NCBI GenBank assembly: GCA_041937175.2
Contig: CP166615.1
Span: forward strand, 608,001-672,000
Source: Limnothrix sp. BL-A-16
GTDB taxonomy: Bacteria; Cyanobacteriota; Cyanobacteriia; CACIAM-69d
Length of the DNA: 64,000 bases
Direction of reading: 5' to 3'
The stretch's first letter is position 1. Each line of letters begins with the position of its first letter. The notes beneath the pieces were generated by a model. It was given only the letters and a program-made list of their open reading frames with translations. It was not told the origin of the DNA and did no database searches. This document shows, piece after piece, positions 1 to 9,921 of this stretch. The position numbers were made by a program, and so were the translations under genes.

Positions 1-1194
1 GAACCCCTCTTGCGGCGATCGCTGGAAATCAAAGAGCGAGTGCTGGGAGCCGACCATCCCGACACCGCCTCCAGCCTCAACAACTTGGCAGGACTCTACT
101 ATTCCCAGGGGCAGTACGAAGCAGCGGAACCCCTCTACCGGCGATCGCTGGAAATCCATGAGCAAGTGCTGGGAGCCGACCATCCCGACACCGCCACCAG
201 CCTCAACAACTTGGCATTACTCTACCAATCCCAGGGACAGTACGAGGCAGCAGAACCTCTCTTCCGGCGATCGCTGGAAATCTGTGAGCGATTGCTGGGA
301 GCCGACCATCCCGACACCGCCACCAGCCTCAACAACTTGGCAGCACTCTACTATTCCCAGGGACGGTACGAGGCCGCGGAACCCCTCTACCGGCGATCGC
401 TGGAAATCTGTGAGCGATTGCTGGGAGCCGACCATCCCCACACTGCCCAAAGCCTCAACAACTTGGCAGCACTCTACTATTCCCAGGGACGGTACGAGGC
501 CGCGGAACCCCTCTACCGGCGATCGCTGGAAATCCGTGAGCAAGTGCTGGGAGACGACCATCCCGACACCGCCCAAAGTCTCAACAACTTGGCAGGACTC
601 TACTATTCCCAGGGACGGTACGAGGCCGCGGAACCTCTCTACCGGCGATCGCTGGCAATCCGTGAGCGAGCACTGGGAGCCGACCATCCCCTCACCGCCA
701 CCAGCCTCAACAACTTGGCAGAACTCTATCGATCCCAGGGACGGTACGAGGCAGCGGAACCCCTCTACCAGCGATCGCTGGAAATCTGGGAGCAATTGCT
801 GGGAGCCGACCATCCCCTCACCGCCACCAGCCTCAACAACTTGGCAGAACTCTACCATTCCCAGGGACAGTACGAGGCAGCAGAACCCCTCTACCGGCGA
901 TCGCTGGAAATCCGTGAGCAAGTGCTGGGAGACGACCATCCCGACACCGCCTCCAGCCTCAACAACTTGGCAGGACTCTACGAATCCCAGGGACGGTACG
1001 AGGCAGCGGAACCCCTCTACCGGCGCTGCTTGGAGATTTTTCTAGAAAAACTCGGTCAAGACCATCCCAACACCCAAACCGGTCAGAAAAATTTCCGCAT
1101 CTTCGTGCAAACCATCCTCGAAGCCGATCGCGCCGCCGACCTCTCCGACCACCCCCTCACCCAATCCCTCCTGCAACAATTGCAGAATCCTTAA
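1..1194 (+). CDS. Tetratricopeptide-repeat protein (42-aa kinesin-light-chain-type TPRs), 5' part outside window
   Basis: Frame open from base 1; eight near-identical 42-aa units (LGADHPDTATSLNNLAxLYxSQGRYEAAEPLY) then a capping region; stop at 1194. Confidence 0.93.
   Translation, partial: EPLLRRSLEIKERVLGADHPDTASSLNNLAGLYYSQGQYEAAEPLYRRSLEIHEQVLGADHPDTATSLNNLALLYQSQGQYEAAEPLFRRSLEICERLLGADHPDTATSLNNLAALYYSQGRYEAAEPLYRRSLEICERLLGADHPHTAQSLNNLAALYYSQGRYEAAEPLYRRSLEIREQVLGDDHPDTAQSLNNLAGLYYSQGRYEAAEPLYRRSLAIRERALGADHPLTATSLNNLAELYRSQGRYEAAEPLYQRSLEIWEQLLGADHPLTATSLNNLAELYHSQGQYEAAEPLYRRSLEIREQVLGDDHPDTASSLNNLAGLYESQGRYEAAEPLYRRCLEIFLEKLGQDHPNTQTGQKNFRIFVQTILEADRAADLSDHPLTQSLLQQLQNP
13..1020 (+). 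repeat. Eight tandem 126-bp coding repeats
   Basis: Unit cggcgatcgctggaaatc...gaacccctctac recurs every 126 bp. Confidence 0.95.
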
Positions 1195-1205
1195 ACCATT
1201 CATCC

Positions 1206-1565
1206 ATGACCAGCAACGGCCAAACCAATATTCCACCACTCGCCCAAACCCAATCCATCAGCGGCACACCCATTCGCATCACTCACCAGCAATGGGCCCA
1301 CATCACCGAAAACCACGACTACATGGCCGGTTGCCTCGATCTGGTCATTGAAACCGTCAGCGATCCTGACCTGATTGCTAATGGCTGGACAGACGAAAAA
1401 ATCGCCCTTCGCCACTACCCCAAAACCCCAATCACTGAGAAAAACGCCGTCGTTGTCTACAAAGAAACCAGCCCCGAAGATGGCTTCGTAATCACCGCAT
1501 TTTTGACCTCAAAACCCCACAAAATCACCCAACGAGGAATCCAATGGCAACGCCCGCAATCCTAA
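1206..1565 (+). CDS. Putative small toxin-like protein (partner of DUF2283)
   Basis: IRITHQQWAHITENH...PDLI...VVVY...GFVITAF pattern; overlaps downstream DUF2283 gene. Confidence 0.65.
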   Translation: MTSNGQTNIPPLAQTQSISGTPIRITHQQWAHITENHDYMAGCLDLVIETVSDPDLIANGWTDEKIALRHYPKTPITEKNAVVVYKETSPEDGFVITAFLTSKPHKITQRGIQWQRPQS

Positions 1566-1768
1566 ACGCCATCCCCCATCTGCTCCAGGCCCCCTCCAAC
1601 CAAATTTGGAGTAGCTACGACCCGATCGCCGATGTGCTCTATCTCAGCTTTCGCAAACCCCAAAACGCCAACGACAGCACCCTCGAAGACAACATCATCT
1701 ACCACTATCACAACGAAATCTTGGTCGGTTTAACCATCCTGAACGCCAGCCAAAACCGGGCCGCATAA
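1544..1768 (+). CDS. DUF2283 domain protein (putative antitoxin)
   Basis: SYDPIADVLYLSF...IIYHY...LVGLTILNAS signature. Confidence 0.85.
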   Translation: MATPAILNAIPHLLQAPSNQIWSSYDPIADVLYLSFRKPQNANDSTLEDNIIYHYHNEILVGLTILNASQNRAA

Positions 1769-1812
1769 CCCGATCGCCCTTCCCGCCAAAAACCGGATCG
1801 GGATCCCGAGGG
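1768..1812 (+). repeat. 45-bp direct repeat, copy 1
   Basis: acccgatcgcccttcccgccaaaaaccggatcgggatcccgaggg identical to 2581-2625. Confidence 0.95.
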
Positions 1813-1911
1813 GTGATCAACGGTGCGTGGGAGACAACCCAACCCAACCGTTACCCCAAAAGCGTTCTCCCACTTACCCTACGCGATCCACTCAACGCCT
1901 AATCCCGCCTG

Positions 1912-2106
1912 ATGCCCGCCAAAGACCTCTACCACAACGCCATTAAAAACGCCCTGATCACCGACGGCTGGACAATCCTCGCCGATCCCTATCGCATCGA
2001 ATACCAAGACGATCTCCTACTCGCTGACCTCGCCGCCGCCCGCCCGATCGCCCCCGTAAATCCAGACACCCCGGAGATCGTTTTATGGACACCGCAGCGT
2101 ACCTAA
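1912..2106 (+). pseudogene. xisH: XisH-family gene with large in-frame internal deletion
   Basis: N-terminus MPAKDLYHNAIKNALITDGWTILADPY...RPIA joined directly to C-terminal VNPDTPEIVLWT; 64 aa vs 140 aa for the intact copy at 41457; lacks the VEVKSF core. Confidence 0.85.
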
Positions 2107-2423
2107 ACATCCTCGAAGCCACCGTACAGGACTACCACGACTGGGCAAACCGAGCCGCCAGCGACACCGATGAAAACTGCCTGATCATCGATCGCGATCG
2201 GGGTTACTGCCTGTGGCTATGCGTTGGCTGGAAAAACCGCAAACGCATCGAAAAAATCATGATTTTTGCTCGCCTCAAAAACGGCAAAATCTGGATCGAA
2301 ACCGACGAAACCACCGACGGCATCGCCACCGACCTGATGCGAGCTGGCATTCCCAACACCGATATCGTCCTTGGCTTCCTTGCTCCCGAAGAGCGCCCCC
2401 TCTCCGAATTCGCGCTGGCATGA
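2085..2423 (+). CDS. xisI: XisI-family protein
   Basis: GKIWIETDETTDGIATDLMRAGIPNTDIVLGF motif; overlaps xisH end. Confidence 0.92.
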   Translation: MDTAAYLNILEATVQDYHDWANRAASDTDENCLIIDRDRGYCLWLCVGWKNRKRIEKIMIFARLKNGKIWIETDETTDGIATDLMRAGIPNTDIVLGFLAPEERPLSEFALA

Positions 2424-2478
2424 GCCGAGCCATATCGCGCCGCCGACCTCCCCCGACCACCGCCCCACCCGAAACCCC

Positions 2479-2582
2479 GTAGGGGCGCATGGCGATGCGC
2501 CCTCCGATACGCGAGATCTGCGATGACCCATTCGTGGCAACCGATCGACCCCGGCGGAGGGCGTACGGCGGTACGCCCCTAC
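2479..2582. repeat. Inverted pair of GTAG-type REP-like hairpins (REPIN-like doublet)
   Basis: + GTAG-GGGCGCAT-GGCG-ATGCGCCC at 2479-2502 and - GTAG-GGGCGTAC-CGCC-GTACGCCC at 2582-2559. Confidence 0.8.
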
Positions 2583-2625
2583 CCGATCGCCCTTCCCGCC
2601 AAAAACCGGATCGGGATCCCGAGGG
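2581..2625 (+). repeat. 45-bp direct repeat, copy 2
   Basis: Identical to 1768-1812. Confidence 0.95.
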
Positions 2626-2744
2626 CCGATCGCCCCATTTTCTCGCCCATGGGCCACGCAAAACCCGTGGGGTCATCCGTGCGGGCCGCCGTCGGGGTTT
2701 CGCTTAAAATTCAAAGGTTCGATCGCTCCCCGTCAGCGCCTGCC

Positions 2745-3599
2745 ATGTCTTCGCCCACCGCCACCCTCCTAATCAACTGCCCCGACCAGCGCGGCCTAGT
2801 CGCCAAAATTGCCAGCTTCATTGATGCCAACGGCGGCAACATTCTGCACGCCGACCAACACCAAGACCCCACCGCCAATTTGTTCCTCAGCCGCGTGGAA
2901 TGGCAGCTTGATGGCTTTAATTTGCCCCGCGATCTGATTAACCCAGCCTTCGGGGCGATCGCCAAACCCCTCGGTGCAACTTGGCAACTGCATTTTTCCG
3001 ACGACATTCCCCGCATGGCCATTTGGGTCAGCCGTCAGGATCATTGCTTGCTGGATTTGTTGTGGCGCAATAAGGCCGGCGAAATCCCCGCCAACATCGC
3101 TTTAATTATTAGCAACCATCCGGATTTAGCCCCGATCGCTCAACAATTTGGCATCGACTATCACCACGTACCGATTACCAAAGACACCAAATCCGAAGCC
3201 GAAGCCCAACAGCTTGCTCTGCTCGATCAATACAACATTGATCTAGTCGTCTTGGCGAAATATATGCAAATTCTTACGCCAGGATTTGTCGCCGCGTTTT
3301 CCAACGCGATTAACATTCATCACTCCTTTTTGCCCGCATTTCCCGGCGCAAATCCCTACCAACGGGCGCACGATCGCGGCGTAAAAGTGATCGGCGCAAC
3401 GGCCCACTACGTCACCCAAGATTTGGATGAAGGGCCGATCATTGAGCAAGATGTTTCGCGAGTCAGCCACCGCGATACGGTCGAAGATCTGATCCGCAAA
3501 GGCAAAGATCTAGAGCGCGTGGTGCTGGCCCGAGCGGTGCGGTTACACCTCCAACATCGCGTGCTGGTGTATGGAAACCGCACGGTTGTTTTTGAATAA
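2745..3599 (+). CDS. purU: Formyltetrahydrofolate deformylase
   Basis: CPDQRGLVA ACT start; VLAKYMQIL, INIHHSFLPAFPGANPY, GATAHYVT.DLDEGPIIEQ; start taken at MSSPTAT. Confidence 0.96.
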   Translation: MSSPTATLLINCPDQRGLVAKIASFIDANGGNILHADQHQDPTANLFLSRVEWQLDGFNLPRDLINPAFGAIAKPLGATWQLHFSDDIPRMAIWVSRQDHCLLDLLWRNKAGEIPANIALIISNHPDLAPIAQQFGIDYHHVPITKDTKSEAEAQQLALLDQYNIDLVVLAKYMQILTPGFVAAFSNAINIHHSFLPAFPGANPYQRAHDRGVKVIGATAHYVTQDLDEGPIIEQDVSRVSHRDTVEDLIRKGKDLERVVLARAVRLHLQHRVLVYGNRTVVFE

Positions 3600-3624
3600 T
3601 TTTCAGGGGAGTAGGTCGTCGAAT

Positions 3625-4038
3625 TTAGGGCTGCAACACTTGCGACTCAATAATCGAAATCCCGTGGCGATCGAGCAACTCCTTCACGGGAATTCTGACA
3701 TAGTCCTTGTTGTAAAAATCATCACGAACGACGTGTCCATCCCAAATAATGATGTCAAGATCGATCGTCTGGGGCCCTGCCTTGATCGGTCTTTTCACAC
3801 GGCCAAGTTGTTTTTCAACAGCTTTTAAATACTGGTTGAATTCCGAGTAATCCAGATGAGTTTCTACCCAAAAGGCTCCGTTCAAAAAATCATCTTGGTC
3901 TTGATAGCCCACAGGTGCAGTCAGAATATAAGCCGATGTGTCCAGTAATCGATGGTCAGTTGCTAAAATAATTTCGGATTGGTGGCAATACTTCTGTGGC
4001 TCAGTGTTGGAACCCACTGACAAAATTGCTTGATGCAT
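3625..4038 (-). CDS. folK: FolK-like 6-hydroxymethyl-dihydropterin pyrophosphokinase
   Basis: ILSVGSN, DFLNGA, LKAVEKQLGR, GPQTIDLDII motifs. Confidence 0.85.
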   Translation of the reverse strand: MHQAILSVGSNTEPQKYCHQSEIILATDHRLLDTSAYILTAPVGYQDQDDFLNGAFWVETHLDYSEFNQYLKAVEKQLGRVKRPIKAGPQTIDLDIIIWDGHVVRDDFYNKDYVRIPVKELLDRHGISIIESQVLQP

Positions 4039-4267
4039 GGGACAGGATCCTCACAGAATAGTTCAGCCTTGCAGCATTAATACCGGTCAACCATAAATCT
4101 TGCAGTCAATGCGCCCAGCATATTGCACACAGAATGCTTAGAGTTTTCAGAATACTCCAAATATTCAGGGTTTCCAGAGCTTCCAGAAATAATTCTAGTC
4201 AACCTAAAATCCTAGTTAACCTCTAGTCAACCTGAAGATTGCTCCAGACAACCTCCAGGTTTCAAAA

Positions 4268-5041
4268 CTACTGCTTGATCTGGGTTATTTGCTCATAGGT
4301 GACAGCGTTTCTACCAACGTTGGTTAGAGACTCACCACCATCGACAAATAAAATTTGCCCCGCCACAAAGGAGTTATCGAGAATATAGTGAACTGCTTTG
4401 ACAATATTCTCAGTCGATCCCTGTTGCTTCACAGGAATGCCATCAATCAACCATTCAACATAGTCCTGGGTGCGGGTGCTGACGGGCAAAATAAAACCGG
4501 GCGCAATACCATTAACCCGGATTGCTGGAGCGAGTTCGATCGCTGCTAGTTTTGTAAACTCCGCCAGAGCCTTTTTCGAGAGCAGATAGGCTGAATATTG
4601 ATATTGGTTGAAGGCAACTTTGTTATCAATAATATTGATCACGCAGCCGCTGCCATTGTTTTTTGCAAAGGCTTGGGTGAGGAAATAGGGTGCTTGGAAG
4701 TTAACTTTAAATTGCTTTTCAAACAAATCGAGTGTGGTTTCCGCGATCGGGGCCGCATCATAAACCGATGCACTATTGACCAAGACGTTTAAATCGCCAA
4801 AGCGAGATCGAACCCGTTCCACTAGCGGGTTCATATCAGGTTCATTGAGTAAATCAAAGGGAAATAGATCGCATTCCACACCATAGGAGCGAAATTCATC
4901 GGCGGTGGCCAGCGCTGCTTCCTGGGATGAATTGTAATGGAGAGCGATGTTATACCCTGCTTGGGCGAGGCTTTGAGAAATTGCTTTTCCGAGACGAATT
5001 GCGGAACCCGTCACCAGTGCTGTACCTTGAGCTTTGGGCAT
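4268..5041 (-). CDS. Pteridine reductase / FolM-like SDR
   Basis: ALVTGSAIRLG, IALHYNSS, LVNSAS, INIID, YLLSK; adjacent to folK. Confidence 0.85.
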   Translation of the reverse strand: MPKAQGTALVTGSAIRLGKAISQSLAQAGYNIALHYNSSQEAALATADEFRSYGVECDLFPFDLLNEPDMNPLVERVRSRFGDLNVLVNSASVYDAAPIAETTLDLFEKQFKVNFQAPYFLTQAFAKNNGSGCVINIIDNKVAFNQYQYSAYLLSKKALAEFTKLAAIELAPAIRVNGIAPGFILPVSTRTQDYVEWLIDGIPVKQQGSTENIVKAVHYILDNSFVAGQILFVDGGESLTNVGRNAVTYEQITQIKQ

Positions 5042-5739
5042 AATTTAATAATCAGGATTTGACAACTGGAGGGCGATCGTAACGGGATGAATCTCAGCAG
5101 ATTGTGACTGAATTGGGTTCAAGAATCGTACATTCAGCAACCGCTCAAAGCACCGAAAACACCAAATCAACGATTACCAGACGATGACTAATCTAGAGGG
5201 TCTAGATTGCTTTCTCAGAAATCGAGGTGCTGTTCCAAACTACCTAGATAGCCGACCTAGTAACTGATGATCATTGCGGCTTATGGCGGCGGGTTGATCG
5301 CAATCGGTCGATCGCAATGAGCTTACAGCGTTGCTAGATATTAACTTGAGATCGTGAATTAATGCTAAAGCAAAATTTAATATTTTGCAACCTAATGATC
5401 GGCTCATTCACAGAAAAAGCTGATGATTTTGATTAGTGATCAGAGCCTTTTAACCAGAATTTTGCTATCAGTAAATCATCAGAGTCTGTTATCAATCTGC
5501 CTCGACTAATTGGCCGAAAGAAATCCATCATATTAATCAGATTAACCTGCTGATTAATCTGACCAATGACCGCACGGATCAGTCGTTTGCCCATTAGTCC
5601 CGAATCATCTGATGGCCATAAAGCTGGAGTGCGATCGAGCCTAGGCCGATCGCACCCTCTCGCCAATCATCTTGCAGACTATTGATCGGCCCGCTTGCAC
5701 AAGACAATTGGCAAAAGATGGGATTGAATAATCTTGGAT

Positions 5740-6432
5740 TTAGACTGACAAACCACCATCAATTACAATCGCCTGACCCGTTAGGTTGCCAGCATCAGGG
5801 GAAGCCAACCAAGTAACCATGGTCGCAATATCGCGGGGGGTTGTGATCTTGCCCGTTGGAACGCTTTGCGCCACTTCATCCGCCGTCAAACCGAGTTCCA
5901 CAAACCGCCCTCGGGACATTTCAGTGTCCACCCAACCCGGACAAATGGCGTTGACGGTAATTCCCCGAGGGGCCAAGGCCAGGGACAGGGCGCGGGTGAG
6001 GCCAACTACGCCGTGTTTGGCTGCACAATAGGCCACCTGGTCGGGCACTGCCCGCAAACCCAAGATAGAAGCAATGTTGATGATCCGTCCGGTGCGATCG
6101 GGCATTCGGGGAATAGCAGCTTTGGCGCAACGATAGGCCCCATCTAAGTTGATCGCCATGATGGATCGCCAGTGGGATTCATCATCATCATCGGGGCGAT
6201 CGGCTCCGGCTTTCCCTGCATTATTCACCAACACATCCAACGTCCCGATCGCCTGAAAAAGTGTATCCACCGCATCGGGAACAGCCACATCGCAGGGCAT
6301 AAAAGTCGCCCCTGGCAAAGGATCTGCCGGAGGCTGCCGGCCGCAAATCACCACCTCAGAACCGATCGCCAAAAATTGGGCTGCAATTTCCCGACCAATA
6401 CCACGCGTACCGCCGGTCACTAAGACTTTCAT
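5740..6432 (-). CDS. Short-chain dehydrogenase/reductase
   Basis: TGGTRGIG, VNNAG, YCAAK, NAICPG. Confidence 0.92.
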   Translation of the reverse strand: MKVLVTGGTRGIGREIAAQFLAIGSEVVICGRQPPADPLPGATFMPCDVAVPDAVDTLFQAIGTLDVLVNNAGKAGADRPDDDDESHWRSIMAINLDGAYRCAKAAIPRMPDRTGRIINIASILGLRAVPDQVAYCAAKHGVVGLTRALSLALAPRGITVNAICPGWVDTEMSRGRFVELGLTADEVAQSVPTGKITTPRDIATMVTWLASPDAGNLTGQAIVIDGGLSV

Positions 6433-6490
6433 CGAAATCGTGGCTCTCCAAGGATGCAATCAAGAATTGATCAAGAGTTCAATCGAGTAT

Positions 6491-6604
6491 GGGTCAGATT
6501 CCCCGCCGCTCTGCGGCGAAAACAAAAAGCCTGCAATCCGAATCTTTAGGTTTGGGAGCAGATCTGATTCCATACCCCGTCCGCTTGCGGCGGGGTTCTT
6601 GATT
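6491..6604 (-). mobile_element. Non-autonomous element with two GC-rich hairpins resembling IS200/IS605-type ends
   Basis: Hairpins ccccgccgcaagcggacgggg and cgccgcagagcggcg (minus strand) at either end of ~110 bp, no credible ORF; followed by aatcaagaatcc tandem repeats. Confidence 0.5.
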
Positions 6605-6853
6605 CAAGAATCCAATCAAGAATCCAATCAAGAATTCATCAAGAATTTTAAGAGGCGAAGGTTCGCTGTCTGATTGATTGACAAAACTCCTAGTAGTCAA
6701 GTTTTACAGAAGGTGTCAATCGTTATGTTGTGACTAGCTGTATGGTGACTAGCTGCATAACAACTGTTTCACATTTTTTCAGCATCAGCTCAACCGATGA
6801 TTGATGATTGATGACTCGCAGGCTGAAAGAAATTCATGGAAATTCATGGGCAT

Positions 6854-7567
6854 TTATTGGGCCGTTCCACCACCATCAACGGGAATGACTGCACCAGTGA
6901 TAAACGATGCCGCATCAGAAGCCAAAAACGCCACCACCCATGCAATTTCTGCGGGTTCCGCAAAGCGTCCCAGGGGCACCGAGCTTTTGTAAAATTCCTC
7001 GGACATATCCCCAAACAGGGCCGGATATTGGGCCGCTAGATCGGAGGTGACTTGACGGAGCATGGCAGTGTCGGTGCTGCCGGGAGCAATGCAGTTGATG
7101 CGGATATTGTGGGTGGCCCAGTCGAGAGCGGCGCTGCGGGTAAGCTGTGCGATTGCACCTTTGGTGAGACCATAGGCGGCGCTCACCCGTTTGCCAATGA
7201 AGGCTTGGTCGCTGGCAATGTTGACGATCGCCCCGTGACCGCGTTGGATCATGCCCGGTAGGACTGCTTTCATGAGCAGAAAGGGGGCGCGTACATTAAC
7301 AGCAAATAAACGATCGAGCACTTCGATCGGGGTGTCCAGCACCGTGCCCAAGGCTGTCGCGCCGGCATTGTTGACAAGGATATCGACGGAGCCAAAGTCC
7401 GCTGCCCGGGCGGCGATCGCGTTGCTGTCGGCGAGGTCGATTTCGGGTAGATCCAAGCCGATCACCTGAACGCCTTCCTCGGATAAGCGTTGGGCGATCG
7501 CGGATCCAATCCCCCCCTTATGGCCTGTCACAATGGCGGTTTTGCCAGTCAATCCCGGTAAACTCAC
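6854..7567 (-). CDS. Short-chain dehydrogenase/reductase
   Basis: TGHKGGIG, VNNAG, YGLTK, NCIAPG; GTG start with GAGGAG upstream. Confidence 0.92.
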   Translation of the reverse strand: MSLPGLTGKTAIVTGHKGGIGSAIAQRLSEEGVQVIGLDLPEIDLADSNAIAARAADFGSVDILVNNAGATALGTVLDTPIEVLDRLFAVNVRAPFLLMKAVLPGMIQRGHGAIVNIASDQAFIGKRVSAAYGLTKGAIAQLTRSAALDWATHNIRINCIAPGSTDTAMLRQVTSDLAAQYPALFGDMSEEFYKSSVPLGRFAEPAEIAWVVAFLASDAASFITGAVIPVDGGGTAQ

Positions 7568-7859
7568 AGGCACTCCTCGTTGATTTCTATTGATATTTTC
7601 TGAATCTCTGTTGATCTGAATCTCTATCGATCGCCAATGTTGATCGCCAATGTCTATTTTCTGATGTCTGTTCGATTTTTTCGCAATACTTGCAATGCCC
7701 GCCATTATTGCAATGAGTCATTTTAGTGGCTGGCTGGACGATTCCAGAGGGCGGCGATCGCCGGATTTGAGAACCAAGACTGATCAATTAGGACGAATCG
7801 ATCGATTCGTCCAAAGGCATAGGGGATAGAGGGCCGTGCAGCGATCGCTAGGGGCATGA

Positions 7860-8600
7860 TTAAGCCCGATCGCTCCCGCGAATGGCAGCAATGCCCGCAA
7901 AAATTACCGTGGGATCATGATGCACCGCCGCCCCCAGATCGGGATCGATCGCCCGTAAATACCGCAAAATGGTCGGCCCATCGCCGCCGGTCAGCACCAC
8001 CGCCCCCCTGGGATAGCGCGATCGCCAATCCCGAATCCAGGCTTGCACCAGGGTCGTCACCCCGTGGGCCACGCCGCTGGCGATCGCCCCCACCGAATCC
8101 TGCGCCCACAGTTCCGGCAATTGCTCAGGCGGTGACACGATCGGGAGGGCGGCCGTTTTTTCCGTCAAGCTACGCAGTTGCAGGCCCAGCCCTGGCGCGA
8201 TCGCCCCGCCGATCAGTTGCCGGTTTGGATCCACCGCCGTCAGGGTCATGGCCGTGCCACCGTCGATTACCACCGCCGGGAAACCATAGCGCCGCCCGGC
8301 CCCGAATGCGGCCAAGGCCCGATCGACCCCCAAGGTTCCATAGAGTCCCCCGATCGGGATATCGGCCAAGGTGATCATGTGCCAGTCGGTTTGATCGCGC
8401 CATCGATCGAGCGCCCCCGGAACCACGGACGCGGCCCAGACCAAACGCCCTTGGGCCAGGTCATCGACGGGTGGTTGGGGATCGTCCCAGGTGCGATCGA
8501 GCCGATCGCCCGTCCACTCGCCCCAGTGCCAGCGCGAATTGCCCACCATCAGCGATCGCCAGCGATCGGCCGCATTGTCGATCGTACCCATGGCCATCAA
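7860..8600 (-). CDS. coaX: Type III pantothenate kinase
   Basis: MVGNSRWHW, ASVVP, TLGVDR, VIDGGTA.T, GGAI.PG, LTGGDG. Confidence 0.93.
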   Translation of the reverse strand: MMAMGTIDNAADRWRSLMVGNSRWHWGEWTGDRLDRTWDDPQPPVDDLAQGRLVWAASVVPGALDRWRDQTDWHMITLADIPIGGLYGTLGVDRALAAFGAGRRYGFPAVVIDGGTAMTLTAVDPNRQLIGGAIAPGLGLQLRSLTEKTAALPIVSPPEQLPELWAQDSVGAIASGVAHGVTTLVQAWIRDWRSRYPRGAVVLTGGDGPTILRYLRAIDPDLGAAVHHDPTVIFAGIAAIRGSDRA

Positions 8601-8631
8601 GGGAGCTACATTGAGGGAACGGGTTCAAGCT

Positions 8632-8740
8632 GAAACAACCAATCTTCCCCGCTCAACCGCCCCAGACAAGGGGCTTAAGCCCCTTGCCCTCACGATCACG
8701 CAACGCAGGAATCAGATTTTATGGGTTTGATAACAGGCCC
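8632..8740 (+). mobile_element. Degenerate miniature element, family A, with central palindrome
   Basis: Aligns by eye to 56990-57132; contains caaggggcttaagccccttg; ends tgataacaggccc|ta. Confidence 0.65.
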
Positions 8741-8750
8741 TAACGATCGC

Positions 8751-9755
8751 TTAAAACTGGCGCAGGAACCGCAGATCGCTGGCATATACCCGGCGGATAT
8801 CGTCAATTTGGTGCAAGACCATCGCGAACCGCTCCACACCAAACCCCGCCGCAAAACCAGAATAGACTTCCGGATCGAGACCCGCCGCCTTCAGCACATT
8901 GGGATCCACCATGCCGCAGCCCAAAACCTCCAGCCAGCGCCCCTTCCACTTCACATCCACTTCCGCTGAGGGTTCCGTGAACGGGAAATAGCTGGCGCGG
9001 AACCGGATTTCTACTTCGCCAAAAATTTCGCCCAGGAAGGTTTCGATCGTCCCCTTCATATCCGTGAAGGTCAGTCCCTCATCGATCGCCAATAGCTCAA
9101 TTTGGTGGAACACCGCCGCATGGGTTGCATCCACCTGGTCGCGCCGATAGACCCGTCCGGGCGCAACGACTCGGATTGGCGGCTCGTGTTCTTCCATGTA
9201 GCGGATTTGCACCGACGAGGTATGCGTCCGCAGCAGGTTGCCATCGGGCAAATAGAACGTGTCCGCCATGTCCCGCGCGGGGTGATCGGCGGGCGTGTTT
9301 AGGGCCTCGAAGTTGTAATAGTCCGTTTCCATTTCGGGGCCATCGGCCACCGTGTAACCCAAGCCAACGCAGATATCGACTACTCGGTCGATCGTGCTGG
9401 CGAGGGGATGCTTGCGGCCCAGGGGGCGATAGGTTCCCGGCGCGGTCACATCCAAGGTTTCCGCATCCAGCCGGGCCCGAATGGCGGCCGCTTGCAGGTC
9501 TGCCCGTCGGCGATCGAGCAGGTCTTGCACCGCGTCTTTCACTTCGTTGGCCTTGGCTCCAATCCGCGGCCGATCTTCGGCGGGCAGCTTGCCCATGCCC
9601 CCCAGCACGGCGGAGATTTTGCCTTTTTTGCCCAGGAAGGCAACGCGCAACTGCTCGATCGCGTCGAGGTCAGGGGCTTGGCCGATCGCGCCTTGGGCTT
9701 CGGCTTGCAGTTGGCTCAGTTGGGCTTCGAGGTCGCTGACCTGGGTGGCAGTCAT
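8751..9755 (-). CDS. pheS: Phenylalanine--tRNA ligase alpha subunit
   Basis: [49 protein letters not shown]. Confidence 0.98.
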   Translation of the reverse strand: MTATQVSDLEAQLSQLQAEAQGAIGQAPDLDAIEQLRVAFLGKKGKISAVLGGMGKLPAEDRPRIGAKANEVKDAVQDLLDRRRADLQAAAIRARLDAETLDVTAPGTYRPLGRKHPLASTIDRVVDICVGLGYTVADGPEMETDYYNFEALNTPADHPARDMADTFYLPDGNLLRTHTSSVQIRYMEEHEPPIRVVAPGRVYRRDQVDATHAAVFHQIELLAIDEGLTFTDMKGTIETFLGEIFGEVEIRFRASYFPFTEPSAEVDVKWKGRWLEVLGCGMVDPNVLKAAGLDPEVYSGFAAGFGVERFAMVLHQIDDIRRVYASDLRFLRQF

Positions 9756-9921
9756 GGCTGAAAACAATTGAGAAAGGCGGCATGGAGTGGGTTTAATGAA
9801 TTCGCCGAATGCGCCAAAAAATCGCAAAGCAATCGGCTGAAATCATCACCCATTCCATCAAAGGATAGAGCATCGGGCGATCGCCCGCTTGTTTTCTGGC
9901 CTAAGATCCTGGCCTTAGGAT

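Noticed and set aside
158..1045. Alternative-frame and antisense ORFs over the TPR gene
   Set aside because: Open only because the 126-bp repeat lacks stops in those frames
2523..2744. 74-aa N-terminal extension of purU
   Set aside because: Runs through REP and 45-bp repeat DNA; homology begins at MSSPTAT
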